Assembly (NCBI GenBank): GCA_001642005.1
Contig: LWCA01000028.1
Span: 9,511 to 73,510 of the forward strand
Reading direction: 5' to 3'
Source: Intoshia linei
Taxonomy: Eukaryota; Animalia; Orthonectida
Length of the DNA: 64,000 nucleotides
Shown here: positions 13,301-28,246 of the stretch, in pieces
Position numbering within the stretch: position 1 is the stretch's first letter
Layout: each line of letters starts with the position of its first letter
Made by a program: the position numbers and the translations under genes
Notes under the pieces: generated by a model
The model's database searches: none
The model's input: only the letters and a program-made list of their open reading frames with translations
Told to the model about the DNA's origin: nothing

Positions 13301-14331
13301 ATGCAACAATTAAAAATGCAAGAGGTGTATGATACATTTTTTAGAGACCCATTCAAATGCATAATTATCATAGATTAAATTCCTAAAATGAACTAAGGAA
13401 CTGGGTGCGGAACGCGATTAAAAAATTTAAATACCTTGGAAGAACAAATAATTTTGTTATTTTCAGATATACTTTTATTGACTTTAAATAATTCTTCTTT
13501 AGCTTTGTAGATACCTAAAATATCACGATTGTAATTAACACCCATTGAAATGATTCCTAAAGGAGTATTAACTTCGCCAACAAAAAAGTGTTTTGCGGCA
13601 TAAGGATCGGCTAAGTTATCAATAGTCCTATCTCCCACATACAATTTATAACACATGGAAAATTTATCACTAGAAAGTTGGTCGACAGCCCATTGGTAAG
13701 CAGGAAGGGTTCTGGAGATTAAAAGTAACGATTTTAAAATTTGAGTCATATTATGATAAATATTGTAAGACATTGAATTTGAATTGGTGGAGTATATTTT
13801 TTCATTATTAATATACCAAGTCTCAATTATAATGTGATTAAATTCATCGGAAGGATTTTCTCCATTTATACGATTCAATTTTTTGCATTGATACTTGGAG
13901 TTGATACAAATGGAAATTTCAATACAAATGTCTTGGTTCGGTTCCAAGCATTCATCGAGTATGACTTGTTTCATTTCATTTAGCTTGGGTACATTTTCTG
14001 GGAGAACAATATTAAACCAATTTTTAGATAATTTTGAAATGAGTTTATCATCATTTTTTGAAGTGGAACATTCCTTGTTCTCTGCAACTGGACAGGGAGG
14101 ACGGCATGGAGTATTGAGTGGAACTCCCGTCCTAGATTGACATATAATTTGTATAGCTTTTAAATAAAAATTTCGTAGATAATTCGAAATTTCAAAATTT
14201 GTAGATACACTCAGCTTCTGCATTTGAGTATCAGATTTTAAGTTTGTTAAATGATTTATTGGTTGCATCTTTTCAAATTGTAAATTCGCATTCAAAAGAG
14301 CAGTCTCTCCGTCTTGATATTTTTTTGACAT
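10326..14331 (-). CDS. ATG13: Autophagy-related protein 13 (HORMA domain plus disordered tail)
   Basis: NFYLKAIQIICQSR, WFNI, IIETW, LKSLLLISRTLPAY and VGEVNTPLGIISMGVNY match the ATG13 HORMA domain. Exon 14331-13435 splices in phase 0 to 11186-10326, which carries FDSFINNI like the ATG13 C-terminal FDAFVE motif. Confidence 0.88.
11680..12300. repeat. Tandem array of about 110-120 bp degenerate units in the ATG13 intron
   Basis: Repeated ttttaccaaatcttatgagcaa, cacttaatcaaaccacaaaataaaaaata and ccttaagggaaaa segments, roughly five times. Confidence 0.8.
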
Positions 14332-16414
14332 GCAGATTAGTATATACGGCACGATCTTGTATTATCTTTGTTTTAGTAGATTTTTGAAAAAAAAACAAAT
14401 TCAGTGCGTGCAGACATAGTATTAAACTTGCTATTAAATGACAGATTTAAATGTATTTGATTAATTGTGTAAATATCAATTCTGTTTCTATTCGATTCTT
14501 TAAAAATTTTAATTTCTCAAACAACTTGAAAACTAGTTTCAAATCTTCTTATAATCTTCAAAATGCAACTTTATTTAGCTCAAACACTACTATATTGTAT
14601 TGTTATTTATAGGTCACTATGTATCTACAGAAATAATTTACAATAATCTTGAATTATCAACAAATTTTGTGATTATTAAAAAAATTTATTTGGCTTATTT
14701 TTTTCTCTATTATGTTATCATTATAACCATTGATAATTATAGCAATTGTATTCATCTGAAATTTGCGTCTATAGTCAAATATTAGGCTGTATATAATTTA
14801 TTCTTAAACGTCAGTTGAAAACTAATAAATTATTACAATGAATCTTTGTTTAATCATAAAAATTTATCACATATAAGTTTTGCATAAACACGTGTAGTCT
14901 AATTCTTGAGGCTTGAAATCTTTGCAAAAAATTAATTACACATAGTTACGAAAAAGCAATAAATAATTTGCTAGCAAATTGCTAGTAGCAATACACTATT
15001 TCTCGGTTTGATTTTACAAATAAAACCTTCATGCTGCTTATCATTGATCATTGAAACATGAAAATTCGTAACAATTTGAGAAAAATTAAAATTATTTTAC
15101 GTTAGTCATATTGGAAATTTATGGAATATCGAATTTAAATTTATTTCGTAAAATTTATGAAATTGCAGTCGTAGTTATAGAACTACTCAGTGGAAAAGTT
15201 TTCTGACAACTCTGCTAACATAAAGTGGCCAGAAAAATACGTTATATTACTTAAATTTAGTCTTAATTTATTTGGAATAAATTTCAGCAGAAAATTTTTG
15301 TTTGTCATTTAGTATTTTTGACTTTAACACTAAATAAACTAAAATTGATAGTACGTATTTTTTATGGCCTCTTTAGCTAGAGTGTCCAGTATGGTGTCAT
15401 ATTTTTTCGAAAATGTTAGAATTCGATGGACAATTAGCACTAAAACACTTTTAGTGCTATTTAGTAGTATATAGCTATAGTGTGTATTTTTAAAATAGAA
15501 AAACTAGTTCGCAATCAAAAACATTTAACGCTATCTAATAAAGTAGGTTAAATATAACGCAAAAGGTTAAAATAAAAAAAATTGTTATTCAGCCCTTCCA
15601 ATTTAATTTCATTGAATATAGTTGATATGATACAAAAACATACATTGTCTATAGAAAAAGAATTTGATACATTGAAAAACATCAGTTTCATAAATGACCC
15701 TTGCCAATACAAAGGAAATTTAATTTAAAAAATAATAATTGATGCAGATGATATATCACCATTTAGTTCATTTTTTGAGAAATGACCCATCTACGTCAAT
15801 TATCTTGATACATTAAATTAAATTGAGTTAAATTTAGTACACCTGGAAGCGATTTTTATTTTGAACAAGTAGAAATCACTGTTTCTGCATCATTTTTTTA
15901 AAAATACATCTACATGGCGAAAAAATTCCTAAAACAGGCATATTTGATGGTCATTGGAAATGGTGAATGAAGTAGATATGTGGAGTGTTATATATGATTG
16001 GAAAAGAAAAATCTTTACGTTACACTGTGTGTAATACACACTACGAAATTATAAACAGAAATGAACACTATTAATGAATACTACTAACAAAATGAAGCGG
16101 ATTATATGAAAAATATAATTATAATATATACTGAACTGTTAGTAAAAAATGTTAGTTTATTTATAGATCAGAAAGACTGTACTAATTATAATAATCTAAT
16201 AATAATAATAAATAATTAATTATAAAGAAAATTTGAATAATCTAACCATTAATGATAATGAATTTCATCAGTATTATCTAATGACCATATAATTTGACAC
16301 TACATATTCGTTATTCTGCCGAGTTTAAAATAAGTAATTAAGGAAAATATTGAACAACATTTATCAAAAATATAAATTTACAATATTTGAAATTTGACAT
16401 AAAATTAACATATT

Positions 16415-19400
16415 TTACAATTTATCGTTTCGATCACATTTTTTGGAATAGTTCATACCAAACAAATAATTTAAATCTGAAGGCAAATACATACTTGTAG
16501 GAATAGATGGTTTGGATTTGTTGATATTGACTAATACATTCTGAGGGTTAACTGTATGGGATAAATTAAGAATCTGAGATGAAGTCGATATGGGATCATA
16601 ATTAACAGAATACCCACAACTTGATACTGGACCTTTAAAAGGAGTATATGGCATAGACCCATTTAAAGAATTTCTAGATACACTGTATAGAGATGGCATA
16701 AGTGTATTAAATTGAGCGTTGGTAATATTTGAAAACGTTGATGTGTACTGGTAAGGTAAAGGAACATTTGAAGGACACGTAATATTTACCACATCAACAA
16801 AATTATGTGAATTATCTTTTGGTACAGTAGTTGACTTTTTGATATTTTCATTGACATTCCGAACATGCTTATCTGTAAAAAACTGATATTTCTTTTTATG
16901 TAAGCTAGACCTAGGATTATTCAAAACTGTTTCTGATTTTGAAAATTTTTGTTCCTCGTTTAAAACTGATATAATGCTGTGATTGGCCAAATTTTCATTT
17001 TTTGAGTGCGTTTTTAAAATTGGAGAAACACTATAATTTTCAGGTGAATTATCGGCATTTCCATTATAAATCATTTCATCAAGTTTAGAGTCTATTCGAT
17101 TTTTGCAGGTACCGCTGTTGGAAAGATTGAGGATTTGGTCAGTCTAAAAAATAATTTAAATCGAAATTTACAATAAATGCGACTTTTCTTATACAAATAA
17201 AAGCCAAAAATGTATAAATCATAAACACAAAAAAATAAATATTTTCAGTTATATAAAACAAGTTGCTTTACTTTTTTTAAATGTACAGTTTTTTGTCTAC
17301 TGCAAAGTTCTTTAGTAAAATTTTTCACATAAACTGCATCTTTCGAATTTTTTCCACCCTAATTCAAAATAAATTTCAAAATAACAAATAAAACCAAAAG
17401 CAGCGTAGAATCCTTGAAAATTTTGTCAATTTTTTCATTTATTGAAATGACCATATTTTGAATTTTTTGGTTGTATTTATGCACAGATTCAATTTTATTT
17501 TCTTTGATACTCTATGCAAATTAAAAATTATATATACCAAAAATTACATTTAAATTGTTCTTTAATGTATTTAAATCAAACATGGCATCTTCATGTTCAA
17601 AATTTTTAAAAAACTTTAAACTTTCGTTACAAGTTTTTTGAATAGATTCCTGAAAGGCTCGAAAAACATTGCTAGATATTTGGTTATTTTGATACTTGTG
17701 ACAAATAATGCACAAGTCTTTCTCTTCAGTTTTATTTACTGGCTCGGTTAGATTTGATTTAGGTGATTCATCCTGTTTTACTTTTATTTTACGAACTTTT
17801 TTCGTAACTTTGGGTTTAATTTTCAGGTAATTTCTTTTAGGATCAAAACTATCATCGCTCGATGATTGACATTTGGTAGATTCTTTTATAATGGGAGATT
17901 TTGAATCGTCATTGTACATTTGGGTTAGTTTCCATCTATGGCGAGTAATTCTTCCACACACATCATTAGAATCCCAATTTTCACTAGTATTCTTATATTT
18001 TTTAACAAACTCCTCGTCATTTTCATGTATATATACAGAATCTTTTTTTACATGTTTACGTTTAGGCTTATCGTCATTTTCAACGGATTTTGTTTCAATT
18101 GACTCTTCAGGTTTAAGTAAAACAACATCAACTTTATCAACTACTTTGGGAATAGTTAAATTCAGTAAATTAAGCTTATCCTTCTTTTTTCTTTTCTTCT
18201 CCACCTTAAACATATTTTTTAATTTATGTCTTATGTCGTTTTCATGTTTCACTTTAGGTTTATGTTTGTTGTTTTGTTTTACACTTGGTTTGTTCTCATT
18301 GTTGTTAAAATGAACTAAACATAGGTAAGATGTATAAATCACCAACATACCGGAATTACGAGAATGAATATTATTTTTAACAATCATTTTGATACGATCC
18401 ATGTTTAACTAAACCAATAATCAAATTAAATTAATTTAAATAAAACTGTTTCATTTAATTTTTCTATTTTGACTGGTTTCGGGCTCTCCAACTTGCCATG
18501 GTGCTCTCGTTTCTTTTTAGTATTTTTTTCATCAGATGTTACAAGTTTAACAGAATTTATACTATTGAAATATTTTTCAACCTAAAAATCCATATTAGAG
18601 TAAACATTACACGCATTACATTTTGGCTATCAATAACGTGCAAATAAAAGGACACTTGCTTATCCGTCCATGAAACGTTAGATTTTTTGGACGGACACAA
18701 ATCCAATTCTTTAACTCGCATGATACATCCAATGTCAGATAAACTACGATCCGAAACACGCATCTTCATTTGACAAAAAGCCCTAGACGAAATAATTTGT
18801 GTTTTTTCTCTACAATTCTGAAAGCATTGCTTTAAAGTGTGATCGATTTTAGGACCAAACATGTAGTTATTCACGAAAATTAATCTAAAAATATATAAAA
18901 TTTAAAACCTAATATTTAACTCGCTATCATATATTAAATGCTTGTTTTTTTTTTCCAAAAAATTTCCTTTGACCAGCTAAAATAAATAAGATAAATCACA
19001 CACTAAATAACCGCGAAATCCGAGTAGCCTCTACCGAGAAACGACATTAAGTGTTTAAATTCGTATTCAAAAAGAACAGCGAAATAAGCAGGAATATCAG
19101 ATTTTTCTATTCCTATACATTTCTTGCAGATTTGCAAAGCAGCAATGTGTACTATCACCTAAAATATTCATTATAGAATATAATATATTTTTAATAATGC
19201 GTTACAAATTCAAAAAATAAAATTACATTTCCTATGCCGCTTCCAAGATCGACAAATTGTTGGTTTGGTTTAATTTTAACAACTTTTGGTAAATGCTGTA
19301 TAAAATTAAACGAAGATTCTCCATAAACCTAGAAAAATAATAATTTTTGATCAAAAAATGTAATCCTTAACTTATATAAATTCAGAATAAACAAGATAAT

Positions 19401-21392
19401 GAATGTGTTTAGTGTAGAAAGACCACACTGAAGTCATACAATTTAATAATGTCTATATTAGAATAAAATGTTATAATTATAGAAAATAACATAAAATCTT
19501 CATTAAAAAATACAACCACCGACGGTACTCAGTAAATATACTATATAACTGTTAAAATTTATTTATGCATTTAAAACTTGATTTTTTTTAATATTTAAAA
19601 GGAAAGAATATTTTTATCAGTCCTTAGATAAAAATTTACATATCAATGTAAATGCAGTCATATTTAAACATTGGATAAGTTTAGATAGCATAAATTAAAA
19701 TTGAATTGGCGACGTGTGGGGAAAATCATTAAAATTATTTAGACTGTGAAAGAGTTAAATTCAATTTAATTAAAATATAATTGACACAAATATTATTTTG
19801 AAATATATTTTTTATGATGTGAACTTAAATTTTTTTCTAAAGGTTTCGATCTTTGTAACTATTACCTCCACTGACCCTTACCATTTACCCATGCTGCGTT
19901 GGTGGTGTAATTAATTACTAAAACGCATAAAAAGGTACTATGTTTGCAAAAATTTGTTTTATCTAACCCATTTTCTCTCAATGTCACCAATGCTCATACA
20001 AAAATAAAACATTAAAAGGTGAATCACAAAGTAAATATTAATGCAGAGTTTCCCAAATGTCGGTCCGTGAAATGTTTTTACCGATCCGCAAAATAATTTT
20101 TTTAATGTTGCCTAGTAATTTCGCTTTAATGGTCCGCAATAAATTGTATCATTTATTACCGATTCACTATCAAAAAAGTGTGGGAACCCCTGGATTAATG
20201 TATGGCATATTTAGAATCATGTTAGCATTTGCAAATTACAATGTATTATTCACGATAAAAATCTCTAATTTCGTCACTTACCGTTTACAAATAAAAAATA
20301 TCACATTTGTAGGAAATATCTACACTGTACATTGTACAGTACCAAACATACCGTAACCGAGACTCTATTTGATAATCTCGACAAAATTTTGGTATTATGG
20401 AGCGATCATTTTTTCAAATTAAGTATTGAAAAAAAATATAGTGTTGAATATAACTATTTTGTGTATTAAATTGAACCCGTCAAGTCACTTGAAACATGCA
20501 CATAAAAAACAAGATTCCACAGTCTGAAATGTACAAACTCTAAATACATTATATATATTTTTGGATACACAAAAAATTGACTAAATTTTCACTCTAATCG
20601 CGGATAACTTAATATTGTTAAGAATAAATAAATTTACGTTTGGTGAAAAAGCTTCATAATCGTTTAATTTTTCCGGTCTGACAACAGCTCTTCTATACAC
20701 TGTAGTCATAATAAACTCTAAAAGTTCCTCCTTAATTTGATCTTTTGAAATGGAAAACTTTTTACCCAAATTATTCTAAAACAAGAACAATTAAATTTAA
20801 AAAATTTAAAACAATTAAAAAAAATTTACCGGAACATAATTTGAAATAATATTGTTATATCTATTACATAAGGATTTAACATATTCAAATCTAAAATGTG
20901 GTAAATTAGTAACAGAAAAAAAATTACGTTAAAGTATTATCAAAAGAAAATAACAAGGAATTTAACTCGTCATATTCTGGACAAAATTTGGCGACTATTC
21001 TATAATTGATGTTAAATATTGAAAAAATTAAAAATAAAAAATATTAAAACCTTATATTAGCTATGACTTCATTAATAATATTAGAATTATTTTCCTAAAA
21101 TGAAATGTAAAAATAATTTTGAAAAATGTACAGTATTATTCGAATACCAAACAAACATTTGTTTATATTCATAGCCAATGGGAGACAGTAACGTTATCTC
21201 GTTATCTTTGGACTTGTAAGAATTAATACGCCATTGCCTGAAATTATTTACAGGATTCCGGTGTTCAAGTATACATTCTTCTTTAACAGAGGAATATGAA
21301 GGATATCCTTTGTAAGTTTTCAAATTGTGGGTATTAGTGGGCGGCGTCTTGAAATTAGATAAGTTACTAAATGTAGACAGATTGAATGACAC
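16415..21392 (-). CDS. DOT1L: Histone H3K79 methyltransferase DOT1L (multi-exon; start approximate)
   Basis: ITLLSPIG, VYRRAVVRPEKLNDYEAFSPN|VYGESSF, FVDLGSGIG, CIGIEKSDIPA and FVNNYMFGPKIDHTLKQCF...IISSRAFC match the DOT1 catalytic domain. Lys-rich and low-complexity 3' exons run to 16415. Confidence 0.9.
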
Positions 21393-23133
21393 TTAAAAGT
21401 TGAGTAATAATAAAATTTCAATTTTAAAGCTGGACATTGAAAATTCCAATAATGATTCTGAATCAATAAAAGTTTATATGGAAATGTATAAATTTCTAGA
21501 TAAACAGAACAGTAAAATATAATTTGCGTCAAGTCAAATTTAAAATTTCATAGTATGTAGTCAAAACAAAAATTTACAAAATGAGATACATGACAATTTT
21601 ACATCTAAAGATTTTATATTTACCTATATTAAATTTTTCAATTTTATCACAGATATTTGGACAGAAATTACTACAATAAGAAAAAATACGTTTCAAATTA
21701 AATGAAACAAATAGATACGATATAAACGTATTTCCAAAACTTACAAGTTGTAACTTGGCAATTACAAGTACATTAAAGTTAAAGTTTATACAAAATTAAT
21801 ACAATATTAATTCAATTTCATGTGAATAAAGTTACAAAGCCAAATCGAACTAATTTTTTTACAAAGCATATTGTAAACATTTCCATTCTCTTGTTATTTT
21901 TATAACAGGCAATAACAACTGAAAATACGATACTTGTTTATATTTATATTTATATGCATATCGGACGTTAATCAATCAATTTAGTATGTATTACGTAAGT
22001 TACATATTTTTAAAAATTAAATAAAGTTTTAAATTTGAAGCTTATTCTGCAAAAAGCCCTTTGTATGTTATCGAATTTAACACGTAAAATCAATATATCC
22101 ATTCAGCTTTATTATGGCACCAATACAAATGTAATACACTCCTAGTCTGAGACTAAAAGTTAGACTACAAGTCCTTTTTAACGATATTCATTTTTTGTAT
22201 ATAATTTGTATGAACCTTTTTAATTTTAATTCAAAAATTTTAAAAATATTGGTTTATAATATATTCAGTTATTTTTTATATGAGATGCGTAGATTTCTGA
22301 GGTTAAAATTTTGTATTTATCAACTGTAATAAGCTGTATCAGAATAATATTTTTTTAATTGTAGGACCGTTAATTATTTCAAATTTTTTATTTTACAAAT
22401 AATTAATTGTTAATAAAATAGTTTAGAAATAACAAAATGTATACTAAAGTTTTTTAACTTTTTTCACCGTGAAGGTGACTGTCAGATTGAAATGTTTTAT
22501 GTGTTAACTATCGACTGTAATTTTTTTAATAATGATGAGATTTTTAAATTACTGCAATGTTAATGACTTTCAAACGCGTTTCAGAATATATTTTATTTTT
22601 TTAAATTTTGAGTCTTATTTTAATTGCTATTGCAATCGCCAGTGTGATCGTGATTGCTGCGATACCTATAGTGTCGGTGTTAATTGTACTCACCACTGGA
22701 CTAGAAAAAAACTACTTTTTATGAGTTAATTTAAAATGTCTGGAAATATTGTATACCGTGTTACTTGATCATAATTAAGTGCAAAGTTGAGATATTGTGA
22801 TAAGGATCGCTAAGGATCAAGGAAGTAAGACTCGCGAAGCATGCCTACTGACAGCACACACATTAAGGTTATATAAATAAAGGATGTAATTTTTTTAGGT
22901 TTCACAGCGAAAAGTGGTTGAATATGTCTGTACCATATCTAATAAAAGCTAGTAAGCAATAAAACTAAGAAAATGTGGACCGCAGCGGTTGAAAATGAAA
23001 ATGAGTGGTTGTTATAAAAGTGTGGGACTTAACTAAAATTGTTGCTACAACATGACAATATTTATATTATATTGTTTATACTTTACAATTTGTATCTATG
23101 TGTCAAATTTAAAAACAAATAAAAACATTTAAA

Positions 23134-26100
23134 ATGTCTTTAAACCTACCAAGTTATAACAAAGTTGAACAGGTAAATATAAATCCATTTCATCACAAAT
23201 ATAATATTACTATGTTCATAAATTTACATTATTTTAAGCAAATATAATATATAAGAATATACATTAGACTGGTATAAAATGGGACCCAAGAGTCGCATAA
23301 GACCGGTCGATTAATTATCAAAATTATTTAAATTTTTATATTTGTTTCAGTAATTACATCAATTACTCTGTAATAATAAGATTAGTTTTAAGACCCAAAA
23401 ATATTTTTTTTGTATGATCCTCAATTTTCATCTATCCGGGACCTGTTGGCTTTCCGCGGGTATAATATCAGTCTTATATACAATAATGTTTAAACTAAAA
23501 TATAAACATTTAAAAAAAATTTAGCTGCGCAAAGAGAAATTTCATAAATCTCATCATTTGTATGTAGTTAATGAAACGAACATTGTTTCTAATTCAAAGT
23601 CCGGTATAGGGGGAGAAAAAATTTTAGAAACTGCCCCTGTCAATAATCGAAGTGAATTGGAATCATGTAAGAGAAAATCAGAACCCACATGGTTAGCATT
23701 TGATAAAATGGTATTTTAACAATACATGATATTAAATATTTAAAGAAAATTTACATTTTAATGACAAACTTTCATATTTTTTAAGTTTTTGAAAAATTCA
23801 GTAACTGTTATTGTAAATCAGTGTTTCCTAAGTTGAAAATCCCAACCTTTTTTATGCTAGATTCCACTTTTACTCTTAAAAAAATCCCAGGCCCCACTAA
23901 AAAAAATTCGTGCGAATTATAATGAAATAATGATAAAGACAATAATAATGTATTTATTTTTTAAAATTAATGAGACGATTGAGCCCGACGATTCTGACAG
24001 AGTTTATTACTATTAGGTACTAATGTTGTAAGCTTTAATCGTAGATCTCTCCTTTTTAAAATTTGTAGTCTATGTATTATTTTTTTCAGTAAGTCTAAAA
24101 CTGCACTAAACCCGCATTCTGCTAAATAAGAGGATGGAAATGGCAACAAAGCAACCCTAGCAAAAGTAGTTATAGTCGGATAATTTTGCATATACTCAGT
24201 AATTTAGTTAAATTTGAATTTAATACCCCACGATCATTAAAGATATATTTGTTTTTTGTCATTTTAATAATACAATTAATTGGGTTAAGTATCACATAAT
24301 TACTTATAAACCTGAGAATATTGTATAAAATTAACAATAAATTAATCTAAAGTTTTTATATTCCTATAAATTTGTAATATTTCTCAGGTTCCACCAAATT
24401 TCCAATGTCCCACTAAAAATTTTGTCATTCCCCACCAGTGGGGCCTGGCCCCACGGTTGGGAAACACTGTTGCAAATTATTATTACGGTACCGAAAAAGT
24501 TACAAGAAAAAAAATTTGAAAGTTTAGAAATGCAGTGGTCGCTATAAAAGTGACCAATATTGAAGGTTTTCGATTATTTAGTTTTTTTAAGTAATTTGTG
24601 TGTTTATTGTGAAGATGAAAATTGTTGAGGTTTCAATTTTAACACTGCTGATGATTTAAAAATTTTTTTTTTTCATTTTTTAAAATAAAGCCAATTTGTG
24701 GCTAGGAAGGTGATAATTTTTAAATTTGGAATTTATCTTAGTTTTTGCATCGGAAAAAACTGACTTTTAATTTTTGTTCATGAAATTTTTGGGACTCACA
24801 TTTCTCATTAAATGGTTAGAAAGAACAAATAGAAACACATTTTTAGCAACTTTTTTTACTTTACATATGAGTAGTACTTATTTAACATTTATTGTATTGA
24901 TTAATAAATTGTGTATGAATATCAAAATTTGTTGAAAATTTACTATAAAACTGAAATTTAATTATTTATAAGGATTAGAATATTTTGTGTTTTTTTTATA
25001 AAAATTTGCAAAAAAAATTCTGTTTTGTATTTAATTAGGAGACAAGTTTTTAATAATTTTTTAAATTTTATATTTTTATAGGTTTTGTCTTTTAATGCAT
25101 TTTTCCAAGAATCTGTTGTAGAATCTCAACATGAAAAATATAGAGTTAGAAATTGCAAAGTATATTTTTACCTTGAAGATGATACTATCCAAGTCGTCGA
25201 AGAAAAATACAAAAATTCTGGAATGACACAGGGTATGTTTTACAAATACATTCCATTGTAATTAAATTTTTGAATTATGTGTTAATTTTTAGGTACAATT
25301 CTAAAAAGGCATAGAATAAAAAAACCAGCTCCATATAGTTATGAATATTATACTGTGGAAGACTTTAATGTTGGCGATGAATTACAATTGTACTCTACAA
25401 AATATAAATTGGTCGACTGTGATAAATTTACACACACTTTTTTGACTCGATTAGGTGTTAGAGTAAATGCAGATGAAGATAGGGATAAAACTGTACCAAA
25501 AGATCCGTACGTAGAATATCGCAAAAAGGTAAACTGATGTCCATTATCTAGAGCAGGGCTTTTTAACCTATAAATTTAGCACCCCGTTAGTCAGATCAAT
25601 GATAATGACAATATTTTTTCACCTAATTTTTAAAGATTTTAAAGATTCAATAAAAATTGGGTCAAAAAAACCTCCTTTAAAAACCCTACCAAATTTTGGT
25701 TTTATAGGTTTACAAAATCTAAATATGCTGTGTGAATATCTTCTTTTTTTTAATGTCGATATTGACACGACATTTATCACGTGTGTATCTTTTTTGAAAA
25801 TATAAAATAGGTTGATGATAACATGAAAGCAAAACGACCATATGAATCACATGATACTCTGCGAAAGTTTATACAATTTGACGGAAAAATTTTGAGATTT
25901 TTATGTTATTGGGATGACACAAATACAATGTTTGGAGATAAACGAAACTTGATACTTAAATATTATTTGAGCAATGATACTATAGAAATTGTTGAAGTGT
26001 ATAAGCAAAATTGTGGAAGAGATGCGGTTCCCATATTTTTAAGAAGACAACCTTTACCCAAACACTTGGGTCGACTTCAAGCTCCAGGTTAGTATTATTG

Positions 26101-28224
26101 TATGTTTCAGTACATTTAAAGTTACACCCTGAAAAATCTGGTGAATAATGGATTTATTTGAAACTTACATTTCAACTACATTTGTATTATTTTTTAAATA
26201 ATCAATTTCAACAAATTTTATGGAAAAACCAATTAACCAACACATAATATAATGTTTCATTTTAATTGAATGATAAATAAACCATTTATTTAATCTAATA
26301 CTGCGTGGAAAATTAGTTTTTTTGGACTTGGTAATGGTGAACTATTCACAGAAAATTTCGTAAGGTCACTACTATTATTTCCATGTAATTTTGATAAACA
26401 AACTCGATTTTATGGAGGGTTATACCAAATAATAATATATTATATTATAATTTAAAGGAATGATAACTGATAAAACGCTGTTAAATGTGTTTGGAGTTAG
26501 TGGAATGAATAGTCGATATATTCAAGACGCTTGCCGGGTAATTTATACTAATAAAATTTAAAATGTATATTCTCTTTATTTTCAAAACAATTGCATTTAC
26601 TATAAGGCATTGTTTAGTTAAATGACATAAACGTGAGCAATTACACTGATGCTGATTTCAGAATAGGTGCCAGTATTAACATAATGGGAAGAAATATTAT
26701 TATACATGATTGCGATTCATTTACTCGTGAATTTTATCGGCTCAAATACAATTTAGGTTTGAAATTTAAATTTTAAATATAATGGTTAAATGTGAAAAGT
26801 ACATTTATACATTAAGGCTAATTTTTATAAAAAATTTAAAGTTGGCCTGAATAAAAAATTACTAAAATCTTACTTAATTGAAAAATGTTAGACATGGAAC
26901 CGCTTAAATGTGAAACAAAATGTTACGCTCCAAAATTAGACATGGAGGAAACCATTCCAGCACACGATGGAATAGGATCAGCTGAAGATAGTTATTCATC
27001 TTGTATAAGCTTAATACCGAAACCTCCACAAAAAGATTTTATTAAATTTTTAACTCTTGATAAAAACGGACTAGAAAGTTATACTTTGCGATTCAATTGC
27101 CTTTTGGATAATGTAGATAACACCGACAACAAAGATCGACGATTTATCATATCGTTTCATTTATCAGATGACACAGTTGAGATTCATCAAATGGTTGGCA
27201 GTAATTCTGGAATACAAGGCGGTAGATTCTTACAACGCCGTAAAATCAATAGGTTTGAACCAAAAGAAACCAAAACTCTCAAGGATGAACGCGATTATCT
27301 AATTTCTCAAGATTTTTATGTTGGTGCTCGACTCAAAATCTTTTCTCATTGTTTTTTGATTAACGACGCAGATCAGTATACATATAAATACATGGAAGAA
27401 AACAAGTCTAAGGTATTTTAATAAAAATTTTATTTATTTATTATTATTTAATGATATATTTAGTATCCAAAAGCCAACTCAAATTTAGTATTGGAAAAAT
27501 TACAAAAAATTGTTAAGCTCAACATTGTAAATGAAAAAATCAGTGAAGCATGTTTATGCTCAAAATTGGTTTATTCGTTATCAGATATAAACGACGTAAA
27601 AACTGTGGCTATAACCGCCATTGAAGTGAAATCATGGTTGTCCCAAAAAAAATTGGATTTGATTGATACAATTTCGGCCCACGAATTAATTACTTTGTTT
27701 AGAGAATTTTCAAATAAGGAAAAACAACAAAAGAATGATTATTATAAAGATTTTTGTTTAAAGGACATTCAAATGTACATTAAATCAGAATTAAAAAACT
27801 TGGACTACACTGAATATGATTTAATTGTTAGATATATACGAAATATTTATGAAAGGTAATTTCATTTATTAAAATAAATTAAAAATTAAAATTTAGCTGT
27901 ATAATTACAAAAGAAGAATTACTCAAAACATTGAAAGCTTGTAGATTACCAATAAACATGGATAAGTTGAACTCGTTGTGTGATAAGTAATTATAAATAG
28001 AAATTAAATTAAATTACCTTTTTTATGTAATTTTAATTTATTAAAGATATGTAATGGAAATGGGACCAGAGATTGATGTAGAAGAATTCTTAAAATCAAT
28101 AAATTGGTGTTTGGACATGTCAAATGAATTTGGAAATGAAAACGATTTTACTCCGAAAATTAACAACAAATCGATAATATTGATAAACGAAATAATAGAG
28201 GCAATATTTATTAAAAAACCTTAA
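23134..28224 (+). CDS. EFHC2: EF-hand domain-containing family member C2 (three DM10 domains; axonemal Rib72 family)
   Basis: KEKFHKSHH...GIGGEK...WLAFDKMVLSFNAFFQE...YFYLEDDTIQV..NSGMTQG..KRHRI, then the second and third DM10 repeats (YYLSNDTIEI, FHLSDDTVEI..NSGIQGGRFLQR). Confidence 0.92.
23819..24469 (-). mobile_element. Internally deleted hAT/Buster element in an EFHC2 intron
   Basis: TIRs cagtgtttcc ... gggaaacactg and 8-bp TSD ttgtaaat/ttgcaaat (nnnTAnnn). ORF 23967-24191 contains LLPFPSSYLAECGFS. Confidence 0.9.
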
Positions 28225-28246
28225 TTATGTACATTTTATAAATAAA

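Noticed and set aside
14560-16100. Possible spliced gene or pseudogene between ATG13 and DOT1L
   Set aside because: I could not build a stop-free exon chain or recognise any domain.
17873-18313. 146-aa hydrophobic + strand ORF
   Set aside because: Antisense of the Lys-rich DOT1L exon; the Phe/Leu richness is the complement of AAA codons.
19363-19372. TCCTTAAC resembling a U12 branch point
   Set aside because: It is on the strand opposite to DOT1L; that intron has ordinary GT-AG ends.
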